Assembly: GCA_964016885.1 (NCBI GenBank)
Contig: OZ024740.1
Coordinates: forward strand, 188,914,001-188,978,000
DNA from: Eledone cirrhosa
Lineage: Eukaryota
Direction: 5' to 3'
DNA: 64,000 nucleotides
The position numbers and the translations under genes were made by a program. Under the pieces are notes generated by a model, which did not search any database, was not told where the DNA came from, and worked only from the letters and a program-made list of their open reading frames with translations. This document shows positions 13,544-29,267 of this stretch, in pieces; the stretch's first letter is position 1, and each line of letters opens with the position of its first letter.

Positions 13544-13721
13544 AATATATATAATATATTTATATAATATATATATATTCCTCATTCATTATAATTATAT
13601 TTCTGTTTCACTTGATATATATGCACGTGTTGTTAGAAATAATATATACTATGAAAATAAGTAACATATTCAGTCAATATGTATTGCTTGATTGAATAAT
13701 GTACATTAACTTCAGCACTGC

Positions 13722-13787
<66 letters not shown>

Positions 13788-14408
13788 TTAGTTGCATGCA
13801 TACATACATACATACATGCATACATAGATACATATATATTCCTGAAGCTCTTCTCTCTCTCTTTGTGTAAATGATGAGGAAATGACTAAACTGTTCTCAC
13901 ATGTTTCTTTCTGCTATTATTCATCTCAGGATACATGAACATAATTCCCACTAATAATAGGTGTAGGAACCACACATGAAACTCTTTAGTAAATCCCAAC
14001 TGGCAATTATTCATGTACAAAATAACTGTCCAAATATGATGTTTGATTCTACATGCAGAAAATATGAAATATATATCAAAGGATTTGTTTTATAGTTTAT
14101 CACTAATATTAAAATAATTCACGAAAAGTAGGATGTAACTATTGAGTTATTTTCATGCATTGTTCATGTAATCAAATTATTTATTATTTCTTTTATACAT
14201 TATATATTATGTATATATAACACTCTTAAAATATACTGATGCAATAATTGTATTTTCTGATCCGATTTGTTACTTGTATGAATTTAATCTTATTTAATAT
14301 CAATTATGGTACCATTAGAAAATAAAGCGGCTTAAATTTAAATACTTCCACAAATCTACTTTGAATATTCCATGACAAATTAGTATATATATATATATAT
14401 ATATATAT

Positions 14409-14560
14409 GGTTGCATTTGGGAGAAATCATCAGGAAGCCCACATCCTGATGATTTCTCCTGAATGAAACAGTTCTAGTCCTGTAGAAGCCATTTCTATAT
14501 TAAATATTTATACTCTGCTATATATTGAGTACCTTACTTACTGTGAACCTTGGATAAACA
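14409..14560 (+). mobile_element. Hammerhead-bearing fold-back element (family shared with 30158-30430)
   Basis: catc-CTGATGA-tttctcctgaat-GAAA-cag ttctagtc ctg-TA-gaag at 14442-14488; short inverted left arm ggagaaatcatcagga. Confidence 0.7.
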
Positions 14561-14566
14561 TATATA

Positions 14567-14636
<70 letters not shown>

Positions 14637-14639
<3 letters not shown>

Positions 14640-14702
14640 TCAGACGATCCCATTAAGAGCGAAAGCAGCGATTCTTTGCTTAACATTTATCTGTTATTTT
14701 AA
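14637..14702 (+). other. Degenerate hammerhead-like stub in TA array
   Basis: tatt-CAGACGA-tcccattaagagc-GAAA-gca...tgc-TT-aaca; core U4 and stem II are mutated. Confidence 0.4.
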
Positions 14703-14723
14703 TATATATATATATATATTAAA

Positions 14724-14876
14724 ACTATATTCTGGACTCCAGAATTAGCCGTCGAAACAGCTTGAGCTCTGCCGTCGGGGTCCTACTTGTTCCTATTACA
14801 CACTCTACTACACTAAATATTGAGTACTTTAGTGCGTTATCGTCCATCTGGTCCCTTACCACATTTCCTTTGTTAT
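14724..14876 (+). mobile_element. Penelope-like fragment with 3' half of a hammerhead (family shared with 25395-25588)
   Basis: attctgga-c-tccagaattagccgtc-GAAAC-agcttgagctctgcc-GTC-ggggtcc; colinear with 25444-25588. Confidence 0.6.
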
Positions 14877-14884
14877 ATATATAT

Positions 14885-15360
14885 CTTACACTTACACTTA
14901 CACCTCTCCCAGACAATGTCACTGGACCGAGATATTTGGCGCTATGTAGTAATACAGAAGACCCGCCTTGCCTAAGTACAAAGTGAAACCTACAGTCAGT
15001 AGGCACCTCTTCACCAAAATACACCCCCGTCACAATCCTACCCCCACCACCATCTACACCACCCCTCTCGAGATAAAGCTATGTAGGTACCACAACATCC
15101 AGTCCTAAATAAATGAGGTTGTGTAGGTGTCACAACAAAAAAACACACGGTCCATGCTGTCATGTGGCCATGTAGGTAACACGGTAAAAACCTCACAGTC
15201 CACACTGTAAAGATGGTTGGTGTTAGGAAGGGCATCCAGAATAGAAAACCCACCAGACAGTCCTGAGCAAGACAACCAATCTTGCCTCAAGTGGGACAAT
15301 TCCCGTCCAGACCCATGCTAGCGTGGAAAACGGTCGTTAAAAGATGATGATGATGATGAT
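14885..15360 (+). mobile_element. RTE LINE 3' end (last ~30 codons, 3' UTR, (ATG)n)
   Basis: LHLSQTMSLDRDIWRYVVIQKTRLA*; UTR homologous to 23992-24390. Confidence 0.9.
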
Positions 15361-15399
15361 ATATATATATGTATATATATATGTATATATATATATGTG

Positions 15400-15434
<35 letters not shown>

Positions 15435-15475
15435 GTGTAAATATATATGTGTATATATGTATATATATATAAATG

Positions 15476-15564
<89 letters not shown>

Positions 15565-15661
15565 GTACATATATATATATATGTATATATGTATATATGT
15601 ATATATATATATATATGTATATATATTCATATGTATATATATATATGTATATATATACATA

Positions 15662-15702
<41 letters not shown>

Positions 15703-15717
15703 GTATATATATGTATG

Positions 15718-15794
<77 letters not shown>

Positions 15795-15993
15795 GTATAT
15801 ATATATGTATATATATACATAGATATATATATGTATATATATACATATATATATATATTTATATATATACATATGTATATATATATGTATATATATACAT
15901 ATGAATATATATACATATATATATGTATATATATATATATCTGTATATATATATATATGTATATATATGTATCTATATATATATATATGTATC

Positions 15994-16044
<51 letters not shown>

Positions 16045-16189
16045 GTATATATATACATATGTATATATATATGTATATATATATACATATATATGTATAT
16101 ATATATACATATGTATATATATATGTATATATATATACATATGTATATATATATATGTATATATATACTCATGTATATATATACATATG

Positions 16190-16223
<34 letters not shown>

Positions 16224-16295
16224 TATGTATATAAATATATATATGTATATATATACATATGTATATATATATGTATATATATATATATACATATG

Positions 16296-16381
<86 letters not shown>

Positions 16382-16441
16382 CGTATGTATATATATACAT
16401 ATGTATATATATATGTATATATATACATATGTATATATATG

Positions 16442-16472
<31 letters not shown>

Positions 16473-16545
16473 GTATATATATACATATGTATATATATAT
16501 GTATATATATACATATGTATATATATGTATATATATATACATATT

Positions 16546-16580
<35 letters not shown>

Positions 16581-16673
16581 GTGTATATATACATATGTAT
16601 ATATATATGTATATATATACATATGTATATATATATGTATATATATACATGTATATATATATATATACATATG

Positions 16674-16705
<32 letters not shown>

Positions 16706-16957
16706 TATACATATGTGTATATATATATGTATATATATATATACATATGTATATATATATATATATACATATACATATGTATATATATATATATATACAT
16801 ATACATATGTATATATATATACATATGTATATATATATATATATATATACATACATATACATATGTATATATATATGTATATATATACATATGTATATAT
16901 ATTCATATATATATGTATATATATACATATGTATATATATATGTATATATATATATC

Positions 16958-16988
<31 letters not shown>

Positions 16989-17030
16989 GTATATATATAC
17001 ATGTGTATATATATGTATATATATATATAC

Positions 17031-17082
<52 letters not shown>

Positions 17083-17191
17083 GTATATATATACATATGT
17101 ATATTTATATGTATATATATATGTATATATATACATATGTATATTTATATGTATATATATATATATATACATATGTATATGTATATATATG

Positions 17192-17265
<74 letters not shown>

Positions 17266-17383
17266 CATATGTATATATATGTATATATATATACATGTAT
17301 ATATATATATATGTATATATATACATAAGTATATATATACGTATATATATACATGTATATATATATATATATATATACATATG

Positions 17384-17415
<32 letters not shown>

Positions 17416-17646
17416 TATACATATGTGTATATATATATGTATATATATATATACATATGTATATATATATATATACATATACATATGTATATATATATAT
17501 ATATACATATACATATGTATATATATATACATATACATATGTATATATATATATATACATATATATGTGTATATATACATACATATACATATGTATATAT
17601 ATACATATATATACATATATATATGTGTATATATGTATATATATAC

Positions 17647-17692
<46 letters not shown>

Positions 17693-17905
17693 GTATATAT
17701 AAATACATATATATACATATATATATGTATATATAGGTATATATATACGTATATATATATATGTATATATATGCCTGTATATATGTATATATATGCCTAT
17801 ATATATGTATATATATACGTATATATATATATGTATATATTTGTATATATATACGTATATATATGTATATATATGTATATATATATGTATATATATGTAT
17901 ACACG

Positions 17906-17940
<35 letters not shown>

Positions 17941-18088
17941 GTATATACGTATATATATATATATATATATATATACGTATATATATATATGTATATATTT
18001 GTATATATATACGTATATATATGTATATATATGTATATATATATGTATATATATGTATACACGTATATATATATATATATGTATATAC

Positions 18089-18150
<62 letters not shown>

Positions 18151-18225
18151 ATATATATGTCTATATATATACGTATATATATATATGTATATATATATAT
18201 GTATATATATGTATATATATATACG

Positions 18226-18293
<68 letters not shown>

Positions 18294-18440
18294 CGTATAT
18301 ATATATATATGTATATATATACGTATATATATATATGTATATATATACGTATATATATATATATGTATATATATACATATATATATGTATATATATGTAT
18401 ATATATATATATATATGTATATATATGTATATATATATGT

Positions 18441-18507
<67 letters not shown>

Positions 18508-18537
18508 CATATATATATGTATATACATTTATATATG

Positions 18538-18575
<38 letters not shown>

Positions 18576-18840
18576 TGTATATATATACATATATATATGT
18601 ATATACATTTATATATGTATATATATGTATATATATATACACATATATATATACATATATGTATATATATATATATATGTATATACGTATATATATATAT
18701 ATATATCTATATATGTATATATATGTATATATATATATGTATATATATGTATATATATATATGTATATATATGTATATATATATATGTATATATATGTAT
18801 ATATATATATGTATATATATGTATATATATATACGTATAT
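15361..18840. repeat. 3.5 kb degenerate (TA)n array
   Basis: TA backbone with gt/ac/acatatgt/acgt variants. Confidence 0.97.
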
Positions 18841-20017
18841 AACTTTGAATAACTTTGAAATGTTTTGGCCAGTATTGGCCCAGGCCATGTCTAACTTAAT
18901 AGCACCACCTGGCGAAGTCTTTCAATTCAGGATTTGGGCACCATGCCCCATTCAAGAAGAGAATTACTGTTTGCGGAGACATATCCGGGTGTGGGTGGTT
19001 TGTCCGGGATTACTTGGAGGAATTTGTCCAAAGACTTCATGAATTTTGTGTGGTCAGTTTCTGTTTTGACGTGTCCTGGTGTGATGTTGAAGAGAGCAGG
19101 GCCGATTGAGGTGAAATAATTGTGCCGTATTGTTGTTATGAGTTGCGATTTAGATTTTTGAATGGGACGGATAGCACGGGGCCCAAGCCTTGGGTGTATC
19201 TTGAAGGCGATGCCAACATCATTTGGGCAGTGATGATGGAACATTTTCCACATCATGCAGATAATATAACGCTCACGGCGACGTTGGAGTGAGTAAAGTT
19301 TCAGGTTTTCTAATCGACCCCAGTAGTCAAGGTCTGACATGCCATCTATCTTTTTCGTGATTGCCCTTTGAGGGAATGATACTTTGTTTCGTGTGGGGAG
19401 ACCACAGTGGACAACAGTATTCAAGGTGTGGTCGGGCAAAAGTAGAGAAGGGAAGGATAATGGTGCGGGAATCTCTCGACTGGAAGGTTCTGAGGATCCA
19501 GGAACACATTCTGCGGGCCATGTCAACTTTGTTGCTTATATGCGTGGTCCAGCTTATGTTGCTGTCCACGGTTACTCCCAAGTCTCTGATGTTGTTAGAT
19601 GCCACGAGAGTTTCCCCAGAGGGAAAGGAGTACAGGAGTTTCAGAGTATCCTCTTTTCCAAAGTGGATCAGTTCGAATTTGTCTTCGTTCAGTAACATGT
19701 TGTTCTTTTCTGCCCATTGGGTAACAGCCAGTAGGTCTGACTGAAGGCTTATCCGGTCATCCACGCCATTGATGACCTTTTGGAGCTTGGAATCATCAGT
19801 GAAAATTTTAATGTTGCTGTGTTTGATGATGTCAGTGATGTCATTAATATAGATGATGAAGAGAAGTGGGCCCAACACAGTGCCTTGTGGGACTCCACTA
19901 CTGACTTTGGCTGGGCTTGATTTGACTCCCTCAACTACAACATGTTGGGTTCTGTTTGACAGGAAGCTCTTGATCCACTGCAGCAGCTTTCCAGTGACAC
20001 CAATATTGGACAGCTTT
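18841..20017 (-). mobile_element. 5'-truncated CR1-group LINE (RT to 3' end)
   Basis: [56 protein letters not shown]; frameshift near 19375; short tandem tail (ttcaaagtt) x2 on the minus strand. Confidence 0.92.
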
Positions 20018-20258
20018 ATATATATATATTTATATATATATATATGTATATATATATGTATATATATATACGTATATATATATATATATATACGTATATA
20101 TATATACGTATATATGTATATATATATATATTTATATATATATATATATGTATATATATGTATATATATATACGTATATATATATATATACGTATATATA
20201 TATACGTATATATGTATATATATATACGTATATATATATATATATGTATATATATACG

Positions 20259-20289
<31 letters not shown>

Positions 20290-20352
20290 GTATATATATA
20301 TACGTATATATATATATGTGTTTATATATACATATATATATGTATATATATG
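20018..20352. repeat. (TA)n array with acgt variants
   Basis: Direct reading. Confidence 0.95.
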
Positions 20353-21228
20353 TAGGTGACCGAATTAGCAACGGAGGTGGGTGCTCAGAAAGTACAATAA
20401 CTAGGGTAAGAACGGGATGGAAGAAGTTTAGGGAACTACTACCACTGCTAGCTGCAAAAGGCTTCTCCCTCAGGATGAAAGGCAGACTGTATGATGCGTG
20501 TATCCGAACAGCGATGTTGCATGGTAGTGAGACCTGGGCGCTGAAGGTGGAAGACTTACGTAGATTAGAGAGAAACGAAGCCTGCATGCTCCGATGGATG
20601 TGTAACAGTAATATACGTGAACGACAAAGCATAAATGAATTGAGAGAGAGACTGAGCATAAGAGGAATCAAATGCTGCGTGCAGGAGAGGCGGTTACGCT
20701 GGTATGGACATGTGATGCGTATGAAGGATGACAGCTGCATAAAAAGGTGCAGAGCACTAGAAGTTGATGGAAACCGCGGAGTGGGGAGACCCAAGATGAC
20801 TTGGGATGAGGTGATTAAAAACGGACCTTACCCAACTACACCTCTCAAAGTCAATGACACACGACCGTGACTTCTGGCGTCACGCAGTAATACAGGGTAC
20901 CCGACCTCCCATGGGTACATGCTGAAGCATATAAACAATATGCCCCCCCCCCCCACCGCAAGGTGGTCGTGGAGGTGCCACGGCAAAAAAGCACCCATCC
21001 CACACTGTAAAGTGGACGTGTAGGCGCCACGAAAAAGCACCCAGCACTCACTGTAAATGAGGTTGGTGTTAGGAAGGGCATCCAGCTGTAGAAATCAAGC
21101 CAGATCAGTTCCTGTATGAGCAAGGCATGGTCAGCCGACCAGACACTGCCCACAACAGGACAACCCGTCTAACCCATGCTAGCGTGGAAGAACGGACGTA
21201 AAACGGTGATGATGATGATGATGATGAT
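20353..21228 (+). mobile_element. 5'-truncated RTE LINE
   Basis: [56 protein letters not shown]; long 3' UTR; (ATG)n tail. Confidence 0.95.
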
Positions 21229-23148
<1,920 letters not shown>

Positions 23149-24388
23149 GGAAAGAAAATATACAGGAAAGAAAATAAGGCGGCGGTCCCTTCTGGGAAAT
23201 GGTCGTGCTCGGTGTGTAGGAAAGGCGTAGGTAGAAACTCCATTTTATGTCCTAAATGCAAAGTATGGGTGCATAAAAGATGTAGTGGTATCACAGGTAA
23301 GCTAACTAAGAACATAGATTTTACATGTGGCCGGTGCTCTGGTGCAATAAGTAGCAGCAAGTGCCCACAAAATACTAGCTCTTTCAATTGTGCAGAGGGT
23401 TCTATAGAAATACTGGACAGCTTCCTTTACCTGGGTGATAAAATCAGCAGTGGGGGAGGGTGCTCTGAAAGTACAGTAGCTAGAGTCAGAACTGGTTGGA
23501 AAAAGTTCAGAGAGCTTATACCACTATTAGCCGCTAAAGGGTTCTCCCTAAAAATCAAAGGCAGGTTGTACGATGCCTGCATACGAACAGCAATGTTGCA
23601 TGGCAGTGAGACCTGGGCATTGTGCGCAGAGGATATACGCAGACTAGAGAGGAACGAATCTTGCATGCTCCGCTGGATGTGTAACAGTAATATACGTGAA
23701 CGGCAAAGCATAAACGAACTAAGGAAAAAATTAGAAATAAGAGGGATCAGATGTTGTTTACTCGAGAGAAGGCTACGTTGGTATGGACACGTGATGCGCA
23801 TGAAAGTCGATAGCTGTATAACAAAGTGCAGGGCAATAAAGATAGACGGTAGCCACGGAATAGGCAGACCTAGAAAAACCTGGGACGAGCTGATAAACTC
23901 TGACCTCACACACTTACACCTCTCCAAGACAATGTCACTGGACCGAGACCTTTGGCGGTACTCAGTAACAGAGAAGACCCGCCTTACCTAAATACATAGT
24001 AAAACCTACTACAACCAGTAGGTATCTCTAACAAAATACCCCCACCCCCCGTCCCACCACCCCCACCCCATCCACGCCACCCCGTTCTATGTAAAGTTGT
24101 GTTGGTGCCACACCATCCAGGCCGAAAGAAATGAGATCGTGTAGGTGTCACGACAAAAAAACACACAGTCCACGCTGTAATGTGGCCGTGTAGGAAACAC
24201 GGTAAAAACCTCCCAGACCCACACTGTAAATGTGGTTGGTGTTAGGAAGGGCATCCAACTGTAGAAAACCTGCCAGACAGTCCTATGCGAGCAAGACAAT
24301 CACTCTTGCCTCAAGTGGGACTACCCCTGTCCAAACCCATGCAAGCATGGAACACGGACGTTAAACGTTGATGATGATGATGATGATG

Positions 24389-24390
<2 letters not shown>
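23149..24390 (+). mobile_element. Young 5'-truncated RTE LINE with PHD finger; ORF open to stop at 23991
   Basis: C4HC3 finger at 23206-23337, [29 protein letters not shown]; 3' UTR; (ATG)n tail. Confidence 0.95.
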
Positions 24391-24427
<37 letters not shown>

Positions 24428-24428
24428 C

Positions 24429-24459
<31 letters not shown>

Positions 24460-24882
24460 TACATATATATATGTATATATATATACATATATATATATAT
24501 ATGTATATATATATACATATATATATGTATATATATATATATACATATATATATATGTATATATATATACATATATATGTATATATATATACATATATAT
24601 GTATATATATATACATATATATATGTATATATATATATATATGTATATATATGTATATATATGTATATATACATATATATATGTATATATATATATATAT
24701 ATGTATATATATGTATATATATGTATATATATGTATATATATGTATATATATGTATATATACATATATGTATATATATATGTATATATACATATATATAT
24801 GTATATACATATATATATGTATATATATATATATACATATAACTATATACATATATATACACACATATATATATATATATAT
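24391..24882. repeat. (TA)n array
   Basis: Direct reading. Confidence 0.95.
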
Positions 24883-25329
24883 TAAAATAGATATTTTAAA
24901 TCTCTAAAATATTTGACAATTTGATACTCTATACAATTAGGCTATATAGCAATCAATCTTCTGTATATTTTATATATTTTAATATTCTGTCTTTCTTAAG
25001 CCGAGTTATTCTTTACTGTTCATAAAAAAAGATATTGTGACGATAAAGATGGTTAATTTCCCAATTTTGTTTAGCAGATTCTTAATTCTTTTTAATCATT
25101 ATTTGAATTATCTGGTTTAAATCAATTTTGAAGATTGAGAAGAATGTCCAAAAACTAGTATAGTTTTTGTGTGTGTATGTGTGTAAATTAATGTTTGCAT
25201 TGAAATATTCTTTGACTATATTCTTCAGGTGCATTTTAAACCACATTCCAGACAATGCTGTGATAGTGCAATGTGGTGATTGAAAAGTTACTAGCAATTT
25301 CTGAATACATGCACTAGCATATATATGTA

Positions 25330-25394
<65 letters not shown>

Positions 25395-25397
<3 letters not shown>

Positions 25398-25588
25398 AAC
25401 GAGTAGGACTCCGACAGCTGAGCTCAAGCCGTTTCGACGGCTAATTCTGGACTAGAATTAGCCGTCGAAACGGCTTGAGCTCAGCCGTCGGGGTCCTACT
25501 CTTTACTATTACCCACTCTACTACCCTAAGTATTGTGTACTTTGGTGCGTTATGGTCCACCTGGTTCCTTATCACATTTCCTTCGTTA
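25395..25588 (+). mobile_element. Fold-back Penelope-like element with 3' half of a hammerhead
   Basis: Arms of about 55 bp around apex 25451; GAAA-cggct tgagctc agccg-TC-ggggtcc at 25467-25496; TA flanks. Confidence 0.65.
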
Positions 25589-25612
25589 TATATATATATA
25601 TAAATATATATA

Positions 25613-25772
25613 TTATAAAATAACCGGAGGCTGGACTGGTGTAATTCCTTAAAAGGTTTATTACACTCTGATCATTTCAATGACCGGGTTCAGTATGAAT
25701 CCGGTGACATCATCAGGTATTCGAAATATAACAAAGGAATATAATAGACAAAATCCATGGGGCTAAAAATAA

Positions 25773-25775
<3 letters not shown>
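25613..25775 (-). mobile_element. Penelope-like pLTR fragment with degenerate hammerhead (25663-25720)
   Basis: Minus strand: atac-CTGATGA-tgtcaccggattca tac tgaacccggtcatt-GAAA-tgatca-GA-gtgt-aataaa. Confidence 0.6.
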
Positions 25776-25820
<45 letters not shown>

Positions 25821-27062
25821 TGAGAGAGAGAGAGAGAATGTATATGACATTTTTTTGAAAAAGACAGCTTATTTATGAGTCAAATTACTCTATACTAAAT
25901 GGGTTCAAAGAATCACTTTATTGAAATAGGGACACTATCCCAAATCAGAGAACATTGTGATCAGTTTTGTGACAATTATGTGGTTTCTGGAATTAATTTC
26001 TAGAAAAAAGGAAGTTTTTATGTTTTGAGTTGTGATTTTTCTTCTTTGAAATAAGTAATATGTTAGTTTTTAGTGCCATTAACTTTACCAAATTGTCAAA
26101 TTCCCCTATAAATTATGTTAACCTGTTAATTTATGACCAAATTCAATAAGCAATGTTATCTCTGGCTGACAGCTTAGTGGTATTTAGTTATGGCCCTTTA
26201 CCTTCTGAGTTTAAACTCCTAAGTTTAATCCTCTTGAGTTCAAATTTTGTTTTTCATGCTTCGTGTCAGGAACTAAGAGTTAATCCTAATTGATTTTTGT
26301 CTTGGGCATATGTGAGGAATTTGAATATTGTAGAAACTATAGAGCATCAGACTAAATGCTTTTAATATTTTGTTTCATCCTTCTATATTCTCAGTGCAAA
26401 TTATACTATTGGCAACATTACTCTTTATCTCTTCAGGGTAATAAAATAATTTCTAGAAGTATACTTCAACCAATTATAGCCTCCGCTGTAAATTTGTACA
26501 CATCTGCTAATATTAAAAAAATATTTTATCGGTGGAGAGGGAGCTACATTGTAAAGAGTCGAATTTTCAAAGTAGTATACCTTTTCTATAGGATTATTGA
26601 ATTGTTTAATGGTGATTGACAGAAAATAAGGATTTGGTCTGAAAATAAAAGTTTAGAAGAATATGATTGGGAAGAAGGTTCCATGAATGGAGTTAATGTG
26701 ATACTTCCTGTAAGAATGATTTTGTAGGATTTGTGGAATGGCTTGTTGAAATAAGACTATTTTATTTCTGGATTATCTTTATTGGCAGTGGTGTTCAACT
26801 TTTTCACTTTGTTATGCATAAGTGGAGTAATGAACATAACTCAGATAGAAATAGACACACTACAAAACAATCATTACACAGTAATTAACTAACTATATTT
26901 TATATGAATTTTATAAAAATAAAATTATTCTTATCTGTCTTCACTCTCTAAATTGATTAAATTGATTAAACATTTCCATAACGAATAATCTCTGACTAGA
27001 AACAATGTTAGTCTTGAGATTTTTTATAGTTCATTGTTTAAATTATGTCAAAGTAAATTTAT

Positions 27063-27225
27063 AGGCAGCAAATTGACAAGGTCTTTAGAACATTGGATGG
27101 AATGCTTTGCAGTTTTCATTCTGGCTCTCTGCTCTCTCTGAGATCAAATCCCACCGAGGTCAACTTTGCCTTTCCTGCTTTTGAGGTTGATAAAAAAAGT
27201 ACCAGTCTAGTACAGTGGTTGATCC
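27063..27225 (+). mobile_element. SINE family B
   Basis: tcaaatcccaccgaggtcaactttgcctttc...gttgataaaaaaagtaccag. Confidence 0.7.
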
Positions 27226-28444
27226 TTCCTGTATACATCCTTCTCACTTCCACTCCCTCACTTTGAATCCTTCTCTGTAAAAAATCTGCTGTGTTCAGAC
27301 CCAGAGTGGGAAGGGCTTCGACAGGCTTTAAAATGCTTAAGAAAAGAAGTATATCACTACAGTGCCCCTATGAGTATATCAGGAGTTACGGGACCATACG
27401 ACACGATAGGAAATTAAGTATATTATTCATTTTAGTATATGTTCCAGGAATGTAGTGCTCATTTTTTTCAGGGAGAACTGAATTATGTCTTCTAAAGTAG
27501 GAGCTACATATACAACCTGTTAACTATTTCTATCATATTATTAGGAATATGACCACAAATTGTGAGGGTGGGAATAGTCAATAACATTGATATCTGGTAG
27601 ATGACTAGTCAATGAAATAAATATCAGTCAAATACTCAAAATCAGTATAATTAACTATAACCTTCACCAAATACCTTGCTTTGTACCTATAGTAGAAACA
27701 ACTATTATTGTTATATATTTATGTTTGTAGAGCATCAAATATAATGCTTTTAGTTAATGGTTCTGGCTCTTTGCATTCAAATCTCATTGATGTCAACATT
27801 ATCTTTCACCCTTTCCAAGAAGTACCAGTCACATACCGGGGTCTATTTAATCAAGCACCCACTCTTAGTTTTTCATGTTGCACCTATGCTGGAAACAGTT
27901 ATCACTACTATTATTGTTTTTTGTTATATTATTATTGTTATTTTTCTTATTTCTTATTTCATTACAATTGGCATCCTGAGGGAAGTTTTTGAGCCTAAAA
28001 GCATAAAAATGTAATTTGCGCAGTCTCTGATGATTTGTGCTCTACAAAACATATCAATAAATAAACCTAAAACACATGCAAAATATATATACATATTTAT
28101 GGTTGTTTATTTTATGCATCTATTTATTTTATATATTTATTTTCCATCTACTCTTCCTATTTCCTTCCATCGTACAATTTTCCTGCCGTTTCTAGTTGCT
28201 TTTATGTTTAAATGCCCCACCGGCATTTTCTAAATATATAAATGTAAAAAAAAAAATGTTAATAATTCAGAATGGAAATATCACGGGAAATGAAATAAAA
28301 GAAGCCATTAAAAAAATGACAAAATAAATAGAAAAACAAAATCAGAACTTCTATGCTTATCGACAGGGTTGTGACAAATAGGGTTATTGGTATTTTCCCA
28401 ATTCGAAATTTTCTCCATTTGCTCCTTTTTAAGAGCTTAGCATC

Positions 28445-28461
28445 TGCTGCTGCTGCTACTG

Positions 28462-28555
<94 letters not shown>
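28445..28555. repeat. Compound trinucleotide repeat (GCT)n(ACT)n(GCT)n(AAT)n
   Basis: Direct reading. Confidence 0.97.
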
Positions 28556-29267
28556 GCAGGTAACTTTCTTTATTAACACTCTCATCATTATGATGGTCAC
28601 TGCTTCTTTTTTCTTCTTCTTCTTCATTATAATGTGTTGAATATATGCCATGGACAATTTGTATTCCATCTCTTCAAGATCTTTAAATAAGTACTAGTAA
28701 TATAGTAGGGGTTGATTCAATCAACTATATGCCATCTCTATAAATATATGTCTACCGAGAGTTGGTACCTGTAGATATTATCACCAATGGAAACATTGTT
28801 TCATTGGTCTGATTTGATGAGTTCTACCCAACTCCCTAAGAGAATGAGATCTGGGATCTTGTTGGTCGATATATATATGTAAATATATGGTCTTGTGTCA
28901 GTGCAAGAATTTTTTAACAATGCTATTGTTATTCATGTTGCTATTGATGTCAAGATATTATACGTACTTAAATCATGTTTGCCAAATAATGAAATATCAA
29001 CATCAAAGCAAACTGATTTAATATTGGTTATTTGAAAGGTTTTTTTCTTTTTAATCTTCTCCCTATGTCATTTAGTTCTCATTGTACAAGAAAATGTAAC
29101 AGAAGAATGATTTTCATTAACATGTATATCTCTTTAGAATATAATATTTCTATAGAAATATTTCTATTTTAAAGTTTCCTTTTATTTCTTAAACATTAAA
29201 ATACATATCCTTTTGGATAGTTTTTTTTTTCTTTTATATTACACTAATTTTTATATACTATATATTA

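Noticed and set aside
27290-27480. Minus-strand GAAG-ccc...ggg-TC resembling a hammerhead 3' half
   Set aside because: No properly placed CUGANGA or stem I partner.
28259-28669. ORFs with poly-L/A/V or poly-T/A/N runs
   Set aside because: Translation of a compound trinucleotide microsatellite.
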